From Verrucomicrobiota bacterium (GTDB lineage Bacteria > Verrucomicrobiota > Verrucomicrobiia > Chthoniobacterales > UBA6821), in NCBI GenBank assembly GCA_021413925.1, contig JAIOPL010000013.1, positions 77,888 through 141,887 on the forward strand: DNA of 64,000 nucleotides. Reading direction: 5' to 3'. The position numbers and the translations under genes were made by a program. The notes beneath the pieces are model-generated. The model was given only the letters and a program-made list of their open reading frames with translations, was not told the origin of the DNA and did not search any database. This document shows positions 9,548 through 21,216 of the stretch, piece after piece. Every line of letters starts with the position of its first letter. Position 1 is the first letter of the stretch.

Positions 9548-11437
9548 ATGCTGATGTTTAACTACCCGGATCAATTTGATGTTGTGGTTATTGGTGCTGG
9601 GCATGCTGGCATTGAGGCAGCACATGCGGCAGCGCGCCTAGGTGCACACACGCTGTTGCTTACCCAGAACGCCGATACCATCGGCCAGATGTCATGTAAT
9701 CCCGCCATCGGAGGATTGGCCAAGGGCCACATGGTTCGTGAGATTGACGCATTGGGCGGTTTGATGGGATTGAACACCGATGCCACGGGCATCCAGTTCC
9801 GGATGCTCAATGCGTCGAAGGGACCCAGCGTCCGCGCCCCAAGGGCCCAGTGTGATAAGAAGGCCTACCAGTTTCGCATGAAGGCCATCCTTGAAGACCT
9901 CCCAAATCTTTCACTCAAGCAGGCCAACATCACGCGCTTGATCGTCGAGGGAGATCACGTGACGGGAGTGGAAACAAATCTCGGGCTGCGGTTTCTGGGC
10001 AAATCTGTGGTGATTACTACCGGTACCTTCATGAGAGGCCTCTTGCATGTAGGAATGCAGACCCAGCCAGGAGGGCGTATGGGAGATACCATTTCCACAC
10101 TCAGCGACCATCTTAAGGAACTCGGTTTCGAAGTAGGTCGCTTCAAGACAGGGACACCCTGCCGACTCTTGGCCAAATCCATTGATTTTGGAAAGTGCGA
10201 GCGCCAGGACGGGGAGCTACGTCCCCCACTATTCTCTCATATCCCCGAGAGCATCAATCGGACAAAGGACGATCTTCACACGCTGAATCATTACCATGAA
10301 GGAATGTTCCATGTGGAACAAATCCCTTGTTGGATAACCTACACCACCGAACAAACGCACGAAATCATCCGAGCCAATCTCCATCAGTCACCTCTTTACG
10401 CAGGGGCGATCGAGGGAGTCGGACCACGGTATTGCCCTTCCATTGAGGATAAGGTGGTGAAGTTTGCTGACAAGAGCCGCCATCAGATCTTTTTGGAACC
10501 AGAGGGACGGCATACTGGGGAGATTTATGTAAACGGAGTTTCTACGAGTCTCCCCTACGAAATTCAGTACGAGTTCATCAGGTCCATACCCGCGCTGGAG
10601 AAGGCTGAGATCCTTCGGCCGGGATATGCGGTGGAATACGATTATTGTCCCCCCCATCAGCTGCATTCCACTCTGGAGACCAAGAAGGTAGAGGGGCTTT
10701 ATTTTGCCGGTCAGATCAACGGAACATCCGGATACGAAGAGGCAGCAGCTCAGGGGCTGATGGCTGGAATCAATGCCGCTCTGAAGGTTCAGAAAAAAGC
10801 GCCGCTGCTACTTGGACGCGACGAAGCATACATCGGTGTCATGATCGATGATCTCGTGACCAGAGGAACTCCGGAGCCCTATCGTATGTTCACCAGCCGT
10901 GCAGAATACCGGCTACGGCTGCGCCAAGACAATTGCGATATCAGACTGACCAACAAGGCTTTAGAGATAGGAATGGCCTGCGATTACAGACAGCAGGCCT
11001 TTACAACCAAGATAAACGCCCTCGCCGCCCTGTGTAAGGAAACCACGTCCATTATTCATGAGGGAATCCCGCTGGCGCAGTGGATGAAGCGTTCTGAGAA
11101 CACACCGGAGAAACTTCCTGGGGAACTCTTCGGACGCTATGCCTCCGAAATCTGGAGTTTGATGGAAATAGATCTCAAGTACGAGGGGTACCTGCGCCGG
11201 GAGGAAGACCAAATCGAACGGCAGCGGCATCAGGAGGAGACAGAGATTCCGCGGACACTTGTTTACGAAAGCATTCCCAGCCTCCGTCTGGAGGCCCGCC
11301 AAAAGCTTGCTGATTTTACTCCGGGAACATTGGGACAAGCCGCGCGGATCAGCGGCATCACTCCGGCCGACATCTCGGTGCTCTCGGTCTGGATGCGAAA
11401 GGAAGCAGCTATGGCACAGCCGCCGGCTAGCGACTGA
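9548..11437 (+). CDS. mnmG: tRNA uridine 5-carboxymethylaminomethyl modification enzyme MnmG (GidA)
   Basis: 629 aa. FAD-binding N-terminus [12 protein letters not shown], plus [11 protein letters not shown] and [18 protein letters not shown] motifs. Full-length MnmG pattern. Confidence 0.95.
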   Translation: MLMFNYPDQFDVVVIGAGHAGIEAAHAAARLGAHTLLLTQNADTIGQMSCNPAIGGLAKGHMVREIDALGGLMGLNTDATGIQFRMLNASKGPSVRAPRAQCDKKAYQFRMKAILEDLPNLSLKQANITRLIVEGDHVTGVETNLGLRFLGKSVVITTGTFMRGLLHVGMQTQPGGRMGDTISTLSDHLKELGFEVGRFKTGTPCRLLAKSIDFGKCERQDGELRPPLFSHIPESINRTKDDLHTLNHYHEGMFHVEQIPCWITYTTEQTHEIIRANLHQSPLYAGAIEGVGPRYCPSIEDKVVKFADKSRHQIFLEPEGRHTGEIYVNGVSTSLPYEIQYEFIRSIPALEKAEILRPGYAVEYDYCPPHQLHSTLETKKVEGLYFAGQINGTSGYEEAAAQGLMAGINAALKVQKKAPLLLGRDEAYIGVMIDDLVTRGTPEPYRMFTSRAEYRLRLRQDNCDIRLTNKALEIGMACDYRQQAFTTKINALAALCKETTSIIHEGIPLAQWMKRSENTPEKLPGELFGRYASEIWSLMEIDLKYEGYLRREEDQIERQRHQEETEIPRTLVYESIPSLRLEARQKLADFTPGTLGQAARISGITPADISVLSVWMRKEAAMAQPPASD

Positions 11438-11445
11438 TCTTTTGC

Positions 11446-11796
11446 TCAGCCTGCTCGACCAGGCAGGAGTCTGCTTGCCGCCTCTTCGAGGGTCGGGGTA
11501 ATCAAAAAAAGATCCTCCAGGCCCGCCAACCGGAAAAGATCTGCAACAGGCGCGCTTAGGCGTGCAAACACGACGCCTCCGTTCTCCGCAGTGAGATGAC
11601 GCATCGTGGAGAGAAAAACCCGCAGTCCCGCGCTGCTGATGTAGGTAAGCTCCGCGCAGTCGAAGACTAGCTTCTGGCCCGGTTCCGTCAGAAGGGGCTT
11701 GAGTCGCTCCTCGAGCAGCGGGCTCGTGGTCATGTCGAGCCTGCCGTTCAGATGGAAGACAGGAATATCTCCGGTCAAGGACAGGGTTATTTCCAT
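11446..11796 (-). CDS. STAS-domain anti-sigma-factor antagonist (SpoIIAA-like)
   Basis: Track ORF trimmed to ATG 11796 (MEITLSLTGDIPVFHLNGRLD). 116 aa with the STAS pattern DCAELTYISSAGLRVF. Confidence 0.8.
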   Translation of the reverse strand: MEITLSLTGDIPVFHLNGRLDMTTSPLLEERLKPLLTEPGQKLVFDCAELTYISSAGLRVFLSTMRHLTAENGGVVFARLSAPVADLFRLAGLEDLFLITPTLEEAASRLLPGRAG

Positions 11797-11909
11797 GGGC
11801 TTACGATAACCGACGTGCGGAAAAAGTCTCCTTGGAAATCGGCCCACGAGTACTTCGAGCAAGAATCTTTTTGACGCATGGCCTCGCCGCAAAGAATCTC
11901 TTTTCACTT

Positions 11910-13298
11910 ATGTCCACGACACCCTACGACCTCATCGTTATCGGCGGCGGCCCCGCCGGCTATGTCGGCGCTATCCGCGCCTCCCAACTCGGCAAGCGCG
12001 TCGCTGTCGTCGAGAAGGAAAGGGCCGGAGGCACCTGCCTGAACTGGGGCTGCATCCCGACCAAAGCCCTGCTCAAGAACGCGGAGCTCTATTCGCTGAT
12101 AGATCACCATGCGGCAGACTTCGGGCTCGAGGTTTCGGGGCTCAAGTACGACTGGGACAAGGTCATCGGCCGGTCCCGCAAGGTTGCCGACAAGCTCGCC
12201 GGCGGCATCGAGTTCCTCTTCAAGAAAAACAAGGTCGACTACATCAAGGGTGATGCCAGCGTTGCGAAAGCCGGCGAGGTCGAGGTCCGGGGCGCTGATG
12301 GCACGGAGCAGAAACTTACCGCGCCTAAGATCCTGATCGCCACGGGCGTTGTCACCCGCGAGATGCCCGGCTTTGCGTTCAACGGCACCAGCGTCATCGG
12401 CAGCCGCCATGCGCTTGCCATCGCGAAGCAGCCCAAGGAGATCATCGTCATCGGGGCCGGAGCGATCGGCATCGAGTTCGCCTACTTCTTCAATGCTTTC
12501 GGCTCGAAGGTGACCGTCGTCGAGATGATGCCGAACATCCTTCCTGTCGAGGACACCGAGGTTTCTGTCGCGCTCGAGAAGTCCCTTGCCAAGCAGGGCA
12601 TTCGTATCCTCACCGGCACGAAGGTCGAGAAAGCCGAGGCCACGAAAGACGGTGTGAAGATCACTGTCTCCGGCGGTGCTAACGAAACACTTTCGGCCGA
12701 TGTCGCGCTCGTGGCGATCGGCGTCTCGCCACTGCTTCCAGGCGGCGCGGCTGCGATCAAGCTCGACGAACGAGGATATATTTCCGTCAACGACCGCTAC
12801 GAGACCAGCATCCCCGGCGTCTACGCGGCGGGAGACATTATCGGGCCACCATGGCTTGCCCATGTCGCCAGCTGGGAGGCCGTTCAGGCCGTCGAGGGAA
12901 TGTTCGGCAAGCGCACCCCCTCCCGCAGGCGAACGTTCCCCGGTTGTACCTACTGCCAGCCGCAGGTCGCGAGCGTCGGACTCACTGAGCGTGCCGCCAA
13001 GGAAAAGGGACTCAAGGTCAAGATCGGCAAGTTCCCCTTCCAGGCCAGCGGCAAGGCCCTTGCAGTCGGAGAGACGGACGGATTTGTGAAGCTCCTTTTC
13101 AACGAGCCGCACGGCGAGATCGTCGGAGCACACATCATCGGGGCGGATGCCACCGAGATGATTGCGGAGATGGGACTCGCCATCACGCTCGAGGCCACCT
13201 ACGACGACATCGCCTCCACGATCCACGCACATCCCACGCTCAGCGAGGCGATCTTCGAGGCGACCGAGGCGGCACTCGGTCACGCCATCCACATTTAG
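11910..13298 (+). CDS. lpdA: Dihydrolipoyl dehydrogenase (E3)
   Basis: Trimmed to ATG 11910 (MSTTPYDLIVIGGGPAGY). Redox disulfide GGTCLNWGCIPTK, NAD site GAGAIGIEFA and C-terminal HAHPTLSE. Confidence 0.92.
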   Translation: MSTTPYDLIVIGGGPAGYVGAIRASQLGKRVAVVEKERAGGTCLNWGCIPTKALLKNAELYSLIDHHAADFGLEVSGLKYDWDKVIGRSRKVADKLAGGIEFLFKKNKVDYIKGDASVAKAGEVEVRGADGTEQKLTAPKILIATGVVTREMPGFAFNGTSVIGSRHALAIAKQPKEIIVIGAGAIGIEFAYFFNAFGSKVTVVEMMPNILPVEDTEVSVALEKSLAKQGIRILTGTKVEKAEATKDGVKITVSGGANETLSADVALVAIGVSPLLPGGAAAIKLDERGYISVNDRYETSIPGVYAAGDIIGPPWLAHVASWEAVQAVEGMFGKRTPSRRRTFPGCTYCQPQVASVGLTERAAKEKGLKVKIGKFPFQASGKALAVGETDGFVKLLFNEPHGEIVGAHIIGADATEMIAEMGLAITLEATYDDIASTIHAHPTLSEAIFEATEAALGHAIHI

Positions 13299-13327
13299 TT
13301 TAGGGCCTAGTCCGCACCGCATAACAT

Positions 13328-13978
13328 ATGGGCTCCATCATCGCACCGTCGATCCTGGCAAGTAACTTCGCCTGCCTTGGCGACGAGGTTGCCAGCGTGA
13401 CGGCCGCTGGAGCCGATTGGATTCACTGCGATGTCATGGACGGGGATTTCGTACCGAACATCTCCTTTGGCGAACCGATCGTGAAAGCCGCCGGGCGTCA
13501 CACGGTTCTTCCGCTCGATGTTCACCTCATGATCCAGCGGCCCGACCGCTACATTGGACAATTCATGGATATTCCAGGCGTTGCCTCCGTCACCTCACAC
13601 CTCGAGGCCAATCACGATGCCGGAGTAACGCTCGATACCGTGAGAGCCGCCGGGAAAAAAGCCGGTCTCTCGATCAAGCCCGGAACACCGCTCGATCAGG
13701 TCCGCGAGCTCTTTGGCCGTTTCGACATCCTGCTCATCATGACGGTCGAGCCGGGCTTCGGCGGACAGCCCTTCATGAACGACATGCTGGGCAAAATTCA
13801 GGAAGCCGATCGACTTCGTAAGGATCTGGGACTCGGATTCCTGATCGAAGTGGATGGAGGAATCGATGCCAAGACCGCCGCCCTCTGCCGTGAGGCCGGT
13901 GCCGATGTCATGGTAGCAGGCACCTCGGTCTTCAAGGCCGCCGACCGCGCTGCTGAGATCCGCGCCCTGCGGGGATAG
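13328..13978 (+). CDS. rpe: Ribulose-phosphate 3-epimerase
   Basis: 216 aa. HCDVMDGDFVPNISFG and MTVEPGFGGQPF motifs. Confidence 0.93.
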   Translation: MGSIIAPSILASNFACLGDEVASVTAAGADWIHCDVMDGDFVPNISFGEPIVKAAGRHTVLPLDVHLMIQRPDRYIGQFMDIPGVASVTSHLEANHDAGVTLDTVRAAGKKAGLSIKPGTPLDQVRELFGRFDILLIMTVEPGFGGQPFMNDMLGKIQEADRLRKDLGLGFLIEVDGGIDAKTAALCREAGADVMVAGTSVFKAADRAAEIRALRG

Positions 13979-14020
13979 GTAATAGGGAATCGGTGATTGG
14001 TAATGGGGGGATAGTGGGAG
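13974..14020. repeat. Low-complexity word block (GATAGG / GGTAAT / CGGTGAT)
   Basis: The sequence is GATAGGTAATAGGGAATCGGTGATTGGTAATGGGGGGATAGTGGGAG. The same words recur at 14614-14640, 14708-14734 (reverse complement) and 39789-39806 (reverse complement GGGGATTGGAGATAGGGC). Confidence 0.6.
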
Positions 14021-14051
14021 GGGCGCTGGATGGAGCGTGAGATTTCCTCAA

Positions 14052-14077
14052 GTTTCAGGTTTCAGGTTTCAGGTTTC
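14052..14077 (+). repeat. Heptanucleotide tandem array (GTTTCAG) x3.7 in the tadA leader
   Basis: The array gtttcag gtttcag gtttcag gtttc is read directly from the sequence. It ends 21 nt before the tadA ATG (14099). Confidence 0.9.
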
Positions 14078-14098
14078 TTTGGGCTAGGCTCATGACGC

Positions 14099-14611
14099 AT
14101 GGAAATATCCTTTCAAGATGAGCCTTCCGAGGATCCGATCATTGATCTGACCAGCGATGACTATTTCATGGGTCAGGCGCTGCGGCAGGCGCTCAAGGCT
14201 TATGAGTCCGAGGAGGTGCCGATCGGTGCCGTGGTCGTTCGCGAGGGGAAGATCATCGCGCGCGCCTCAAATCTGGTGGAGACCCTCAAGGACGCCACCG
14301 CTCATGCCGAGATGCTGGCCATTACCCAAGCGGAGAACTCGATCGGCGATTGGCGCCTGAACGAATGCGACCTCTACGTGACCAAGGAGCCTTGTCCGAT
14401 GTGTGCCGGGGCTCTGGTGAACTCACGGGTCAGGAGGGTCATCTTTGGATGCCATGATCCCAAGGGAGGAGCGGCAGGTGGCAGCATCAATATCCTTCAG
14501 ATGGATGGACTCAGTCACAGGTGTGAAATCACCGGCGGTGTGCTCGGAGAGCAGAGCGGACAACTGCTAAAGTCCTTTTTCGCCGAGCGACGAGGTAGTG
14601 CTGGGATATAG
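14099..14611 (+). CDS. tadA: tRNA-specific adenosine deaminase
   Basis: 170 aa. Cytidine-deaminase-fold zinc motifs HAEMLAI and PCPMCAGAL. Size is typical of TadA. Confidence 0.92.
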   Translation: MEISFQDEPSEDPIIDLTSDDYFMGQALRQALKAYESEEVPIGAVVVREGKIIARASNLVETLKDATAHAEMLAITQAENSIGDWRLNECDLYVTKEPCPMCAGALVNSRVRRVIFGCHDPKGGAAGGSINILQMDGLSHRCEITGGVLGEQSGQLLKSFFAERRGSAGI

Positions 14612-14613
14612 GC

Positions 14614-14734
14614 GATAGGGGATTGGTCATGGGGGTTCGGCAAAACGGGGCCGGGTGTTACCTACGTCCTGACCCGTGCCCTTTGCCGGGAACCCGAAAC
14701 CCGAAACCCGAAACCCTATCACCGATTACCTATC
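14614..14734. repeat. Inverted-repeat element with internal (AACCCGA) x3.7 array
   Basis: The left arm GATAGGGGATTGGTCATGGGGGTTCGG (14614-14640) matches the reverse complement of the right arm, GATAGGTAATCGGTGATAGGGTTTCGG (14708-14734), at 21/27 positions. The heptad array lies at 14691-14716. Confidence 0.7.
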
Positions 14735-14800
14735 CTCCTTGGCTTGCTACAAGGAACTCCTTCGGGTTTAGTGACCTTTCCCTAAACCGGGCCTCTTTTC

Positions 14801-17794
<2,994 letters not shown>

Positions 17795-17842
17795 GCGGTG
17801 CCGACTGGTGTTTTTGGCGGATAGCTTTGTTGGCCTGCGCTT

Positions 17843-17860
17843 GCTGTAGTTGACTACAGC
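17843..17860. terminator. Palindromic hairpin between convergent secA and the helicase gene (possible bidirectional terminator)
   Basis: GCTGTAGT-TG-ACTACAGC has a perfect 8-bp inverted repeat. No clear U-tract on either strand. Confidence 0.3.
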
Positions 17861-17912
17861 GGCGCTTGGCAGCCTTGCTCTCCATCCAAAATCCCGCAGC
17901 CTATAAAAGATA

Positions 17913-20519
17913 TCAGGGACAAACTCGACGAAGCAGAGCTAGAAGCTCGAGCTTTTCCTCTTTAGAAACGTAACCATCTTCTGTGATGCGCTCTAGCGTA
18001 TCGGCAATTTCTGTTCCTGGCCAATTTCGTATTGGGCCGGCTTTAGCAAACCAATCGCCAAGATAACTGACTTCTGATGTGGTAATTTTTCCGTCAGCGA
18101 TAAGACCCTGACACAGCCCCATTAGTTCAGAAAGCTTAGCACGCTCAGTTTCTTCGAGTGGTCCAGGGAGATGGTTTAGTTGAGTTTCGGAACATCTAAT
18201 AAATTCTGCATCTTCATTCGAAGCGGTCCAGTCCTGCATACCCTCCCTCCATACCCAACAAGTCAGAGGCGCTGTTTTTTCTAGAATTATTGAGGCAGGA
18301 AAGGGACCTAAGGCTTGGTTTTCATTAGGATCGATAAAATACCAGTGATCCGTAAACTCAGGCTTAGATGCTACGATTTCATTTTTTGCAGAGGAAAGAG
18401 CACTCAAGCACTTTGCAATCGGAGTTTTTTTGGAGAATTCAGTTAGAGATTCAAAAGAGTCTAATCCAATAGATGCGATTCTGGGATAAATGACCGAGGT
18501 AAATAGTGTTGTTAAAGTATCCACATCACCAAAAGCACGATGAGCATGGCTGGCGTTAATATCAAACCGATCGGCCAGATATGAAAGGCTGTAGCTATCT
18601 GCATCACCGATGACGCGGCGACACAGCATAAGAGAACAGAATCCTCTCCTCCCTGCCGGCGGAAGACCCAGGCGTAGCCATTCGGAAAACAATGCACGAT
18701 TCCAATCAAAACTTAAATTGTGAGAAACAATGGGGCGGTCGCCTACAAATGTAGAAAACTGTTGATGAGCCGCTATTGGATCAACGCCGTTCTTTGCGAG
18801 AAACGCTTTTGTGTATCCATGAATAGCCGTAGCTGCCTCGGGAATATCTACATTATGATTTAAAAGCACCCGAAATTTATCTCCATCGGGTAGCCATCCC
18901 CTCATTTTTTGGGCGGCAATTTCAACAACATGCACTGGTTCAGCGAAGCCGTCTGTTTCAGTATCAATTAACACCCACTCTGTATCGTTCATTTTATTTG
19001 ATAGTTTGATGTTTTGGTTAGTATCGAGATCTATTGTTTGAGAACCATCTTTTTTCAGCCATTGGTTGAGATCCTGATTGAAATCAACTTGTTCTGCTCC
19101 CCGAGTCATTGCCACATACAGAAGATTCATTTCCTGAAAACAATCATCGTTTTCTTCACCGCGAGGTAATAATTCCTTCATGCTGAGCAACTCATCAAGA
19201 AGTGTAAAATCATCGGTCATCTTAACACGCCTCCATTCACCGCCCTTAGCCCTGTGAGCAGTGGCAAAGGAAATAGAGGCTTTACTAGGACTTGTAGAAT
19301 TAGACCTGATTGAATCAATAATGGACGGCAGCGAGTCACCATAGGTGTTTACTAGAGCGACATGCTTGGCCAGCTCATCGTCCGCACCAGATCCGTCTTG
19401 CCCTTGTGCGTGGTCAAGCACTTCTGCCCATGATTTGAATGCCATGATGTATGGCGTTCGTATCCTTGATCTATCCCCTTGCTTTAGAAAAAGTAAATCT
19501 AGTGGGGTCTGAAATTCGTATGTGTAGTAAGGATCCCAACTCTCTCGCTCAGATGTTCCGGCAAAATGAAGTAGCTCGCCTGCTTCGGAATATGGTATCG
19601 CAGCTCCAATCAAAAAAGCATTTGTGCGACTGATTGTAGCAGAGCCAGATAATCTACTCTTTGAAGGTCCAACTCCCACTAATTGAACAGGATCGTTTTT
19701 GAACTGATTTAAAAAACGGGTTGCTACCGATGCAATGTTCGCACCAAAACGGAAACAACTTGTTAAAGAAACAGAAGAAGTAGCGTAGCCTTCTAGTTTT
19801 TCGATAACATTTATTGCATGCCTGAATTGATAAATACTCTGATGTTTATCACCCACCATTACCAAGGGAGTTCTTAGACTGGTATTTTGTCTTAAAACGA
19901 TATCTAGGGTTACAGGATTAATATCTTGGGCCTCATCAAGGAGAATTACGTCGTAGCCGTGCAGAAGGGGGGTACTTAATGACCATAATTTAAGATAGCC
20001 GTCATGGGTCATCGGGCAGCTTGAGGAAACATCCTGCATCAATTTCCATAAGCGGCGCGCTTCATATAATAGCGTGCTAGGATTAATGAGGCATTCTAAC
20101 ACGCTAGGCAGGTGCTTTTCGCCAATCTCGGCATCAACACTATAGAAGAATCTCTCAACTACTTGAATGATGAAAACAGCAACATGCGGTGTCTTTAAGC
20201 CCAAGAGTTTCATCACCACGAGTGGCCTTAGGTTGCCTATTTTCTGCTTATACCTATAACCAGTGGCTCTAAACGCAAAGCTGTGGATTGTTCGGCATTC
20301 CGTATTTTTAGGAAATCTACGACGAGCTTTTATAGCGGTTTCTTTATTAAAACAAAGGTAGACAAACGTTTTTTTAGGAGATGCGGCAGCGAGTAGTTCT
20401 AAAGAAGCTGTTTTCCCTGTTCCGGCGTAGGCATTTATAATTAACAACGTTTCCGGAGAAAGATCCGACGAAATAACTGCCTCCTGCTCATCTGTAGGTT
20501 TAAGTGAGTAGCGAGCCAT
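17913..20519 (-). CDS. Multidomain SF1 (UvrD-like) helicase + DEDDh 3'-5' exonuclease + GYF_2 domain + TerB-like C-terminal domain
   Basis: 868 aa with an ATG start. Helicase motifs: I AYAGTGKT (K36), II ILLDEAQD (D195/E196), III VGDKHQSIYQFR, IV SCFRFG, V/VI TAHRAKGGEW and LLYVAMTRG. Exonuclease motifs: ExoI LIDTETDG (D519/E521), ExoII SHNLSFDWN (D605), ExoIII HRAFGD (H660/D665). GYF_2-like region HWYFIDPNENQALGPFPASIIL...WVWREGMQDWTASNEDAEF (aa 724-774). TerB-like tail LCQGLIADGKITTSEVSYLGDWF...EDGYVSKEEKLELLALLRRV. The gene is much more AT-rich than its flanks (33 and 40 G+C in 19001-19100 and 18301-18400). Confidence 0.85.
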   Translation of the reverse strand: MARYSLKPTDEQEAVISSDLSPETLLIINAYAGTGKTASLELLAAASPKKTFVYLCFNKETAIKARRRFPKNTECRTIHSFAFRATGYRYKQKIGNLRPLVVMKLLGLKTPHVAVFIIQVVERFFYSVDAEIGEKHLPSVLECLINPSTLLYEARRLWKLMQDVSSSCPMTHDGYLKLWSLSTPLLHGYDVILLDEAQDINPVTLDIVLRQNTSLRTPLVMVGDKHQSIYQFRHAINVIEKLEGYATSSVSLTSCFRFGANIASVATRFLNQFKNDPVQLVGVGPSKSRLSGSATISRTNAFLIGAAIPYSEAGELLHFAGTSERESWDPYYTYEFQTPLDLLFLKQGDRSRIRTPYIMAFKSWAEVLDHAQGQDGSGADDELAKHVALVNTYGDSLPSIIDSIRSNSTSPSKASISFATAHRAKGGEWRRVKMTDDFTLLDELLSMKELLPRGEENDDCFQEMNLLYVAMTRGAEQVDFNQDLNQWLKKDGSQTIDLDTNQNIKLSNKMNDTEWVLIDTETDGFAEPVHVVEIAAQKMRGWLPDGDKFRVLLNHNVDIPEAATAIHGYTKAFLAKNGVDPIAAHQQFSTFVGDRPIVSHNLSFDWNRALFSEWLRLGLPPAGRRGFCSLMLCRRVIGDADSYSLSYLADRFDINASHAHRAFGDVDTLTTLFTSVIYPRIASIGLDSFESLTEFSKKTPIAKCLSALSSAKNEIVASKPEFTDHWYFIDPNENQALGPFPASIILEKTAPLTCWVWREGMQDWTASNEDAEFIRCSETQLNHLPGPLEETERAKLSELMGLCQGLIADGKITTSEVSYLGDWFAKAGPIRNWPGTEIADTLERITEDGYVSKEEKLELLALLRRVCP

Positions 20520-20542
20520 ATTTCAACAATACAAAATCCTGC

Positions 20543-20573
20543 ATTGTAGCCAAGCCATGTAGCAAGTCAGCAA
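20543..20573 (-). promoter_or_regulatory. Sigma70-like promoter candidate for the helicase gene
   Basis: On the - strand, the -10 TACAAT (reverse complement of 20543-20548) lies ~24 nt upstream of the ATG. The -35 is ambiguous: CTGACT with a 16-nt spacer, or TTGCTG with a 19-nt spacer. Confidence 0.3.
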
Positions 20574-20647
20574 ATTTTCAGGCGATTCATGGTTATGTCC
20601 TCACCATGCGGTTCCTAGCGTCTAAAAAGCTAGAGCCTATACGCCTC

Positions 20648-21196
20648 CTAATTCAATTTCCTGCTTTCCCGAGTTCCAGATTCAACCATGGCCATTCCCC
20701 ATTTGATTGCTCCCTTCAGGACGGATAATTCTGAACCAACCGACAAACGGATTGAGGTAAGGCGGGTGCGGTAGTCGCTGATGAGCCGCAGGGCGTCCTC
20801 GCCCATTTCCTTCCCGGCAAAGAGTTCGGGTGAGGAAGTCGCGAAGTTCAAGCCGATCTGAAGTTCTGTCGCTGGTAGTATAAAGCCAAGGTCGATGTTG
20901 GAGAGGAGCAAGCGACGATCGGGTTCGGCGGCAACGGAGCAGGCATCAACCGTCCAGGTTGGAGAACTCTGCGAATCCAGATGGAGCACCTCGATCAGCT
21001 TCTGCTCCACAGCCCAGAACTCCCGAACGGTCTCCTCACTCACGCCGAGTATGCGAAGATGCAGGATCTTCCGGAGAAACGACTCATACCCTTCGGAATA
21101 ACTCTCCAGCACAGGCAGGCCAAAACGCTTCTGCACACCAGCAATCCACACTGCCGGCCTCCCCAGCCTCTTCGCCAGTTCCGTCATGCTCTTCAT
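20648..21196 (-). CDS. Hypothetical protein with N-terminal MerR-like helix-turn-helix
   Basis: 182 aa with an ATG start. The N-terminus MTELAKRLGRPAVWIAGVQKRFGLPV...YSEGYESFLRKILHLRILGVSEETVREFW resembles MerR-type HTH plus linker. The C-terminal ~110 aa has no motif I recognise. G+C is intermediate (52 in 20801-20900). Confidence 0.4.
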   Translation of the reverse strand: MKSMTELAKRLGRPAVWIAGVQKRFGLPVLESYSEGYESFLRKILHLRILGVSEETVREFWAVEQKLIEVLHLDSQSSPTWTVDACSVAAEPDRRLLLSNIDLGFILPATELQIGLNFATSSPELFAGKEMGEDALRLISDYRTRLTSIRLSVGSELSVLKGAIKWGMAMVESGTRESRKLN

Positions 21197-21216
21197 GGTG
21201 CAGCGGGATGGATCCT

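Noticed and set aside
9172-9561. A 129-aa + strand ORF fills the AT-rich spacer upstream of mnmG.
   Set aside because: It lies in the most AT-rich sequence of the window and runs into the mnmG start. Its composition is K/N/F/H-rich and unlike any other protein here, and it has no motif. It is more likely noncoding (a regulatory or origin region).
9533-10320. The 15-nt palindromic string GTTCCATGTGGAACA occurs twice. One copy (9533-9547) abuts the mnmG start and the other (10306-10320) is inside mnmG.
   Set aside because: With ~2x10^9 position pairs per strand combination in 64 kb, one or a few 15-mer coincidences are expected by chance. The second copy is ordinary coding sequence (MFHVEQ). 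The first copy is kept only as a two-mismatch DnaA-box-like site in the oriC note.
11904-13322. A 472-aa ORF on the - strand covers the whole lpdA gene without a single stop.
   Set aside because: It is a shadow ORF of a high-GC gene. Its product is a D/G/R/L-rich low-complexity sequence with no motif. The + frame carries unmistakable dihydrolipoyl dehydrogenase motifs (GGTCLNWGCIPTK, HAHPTLSE).
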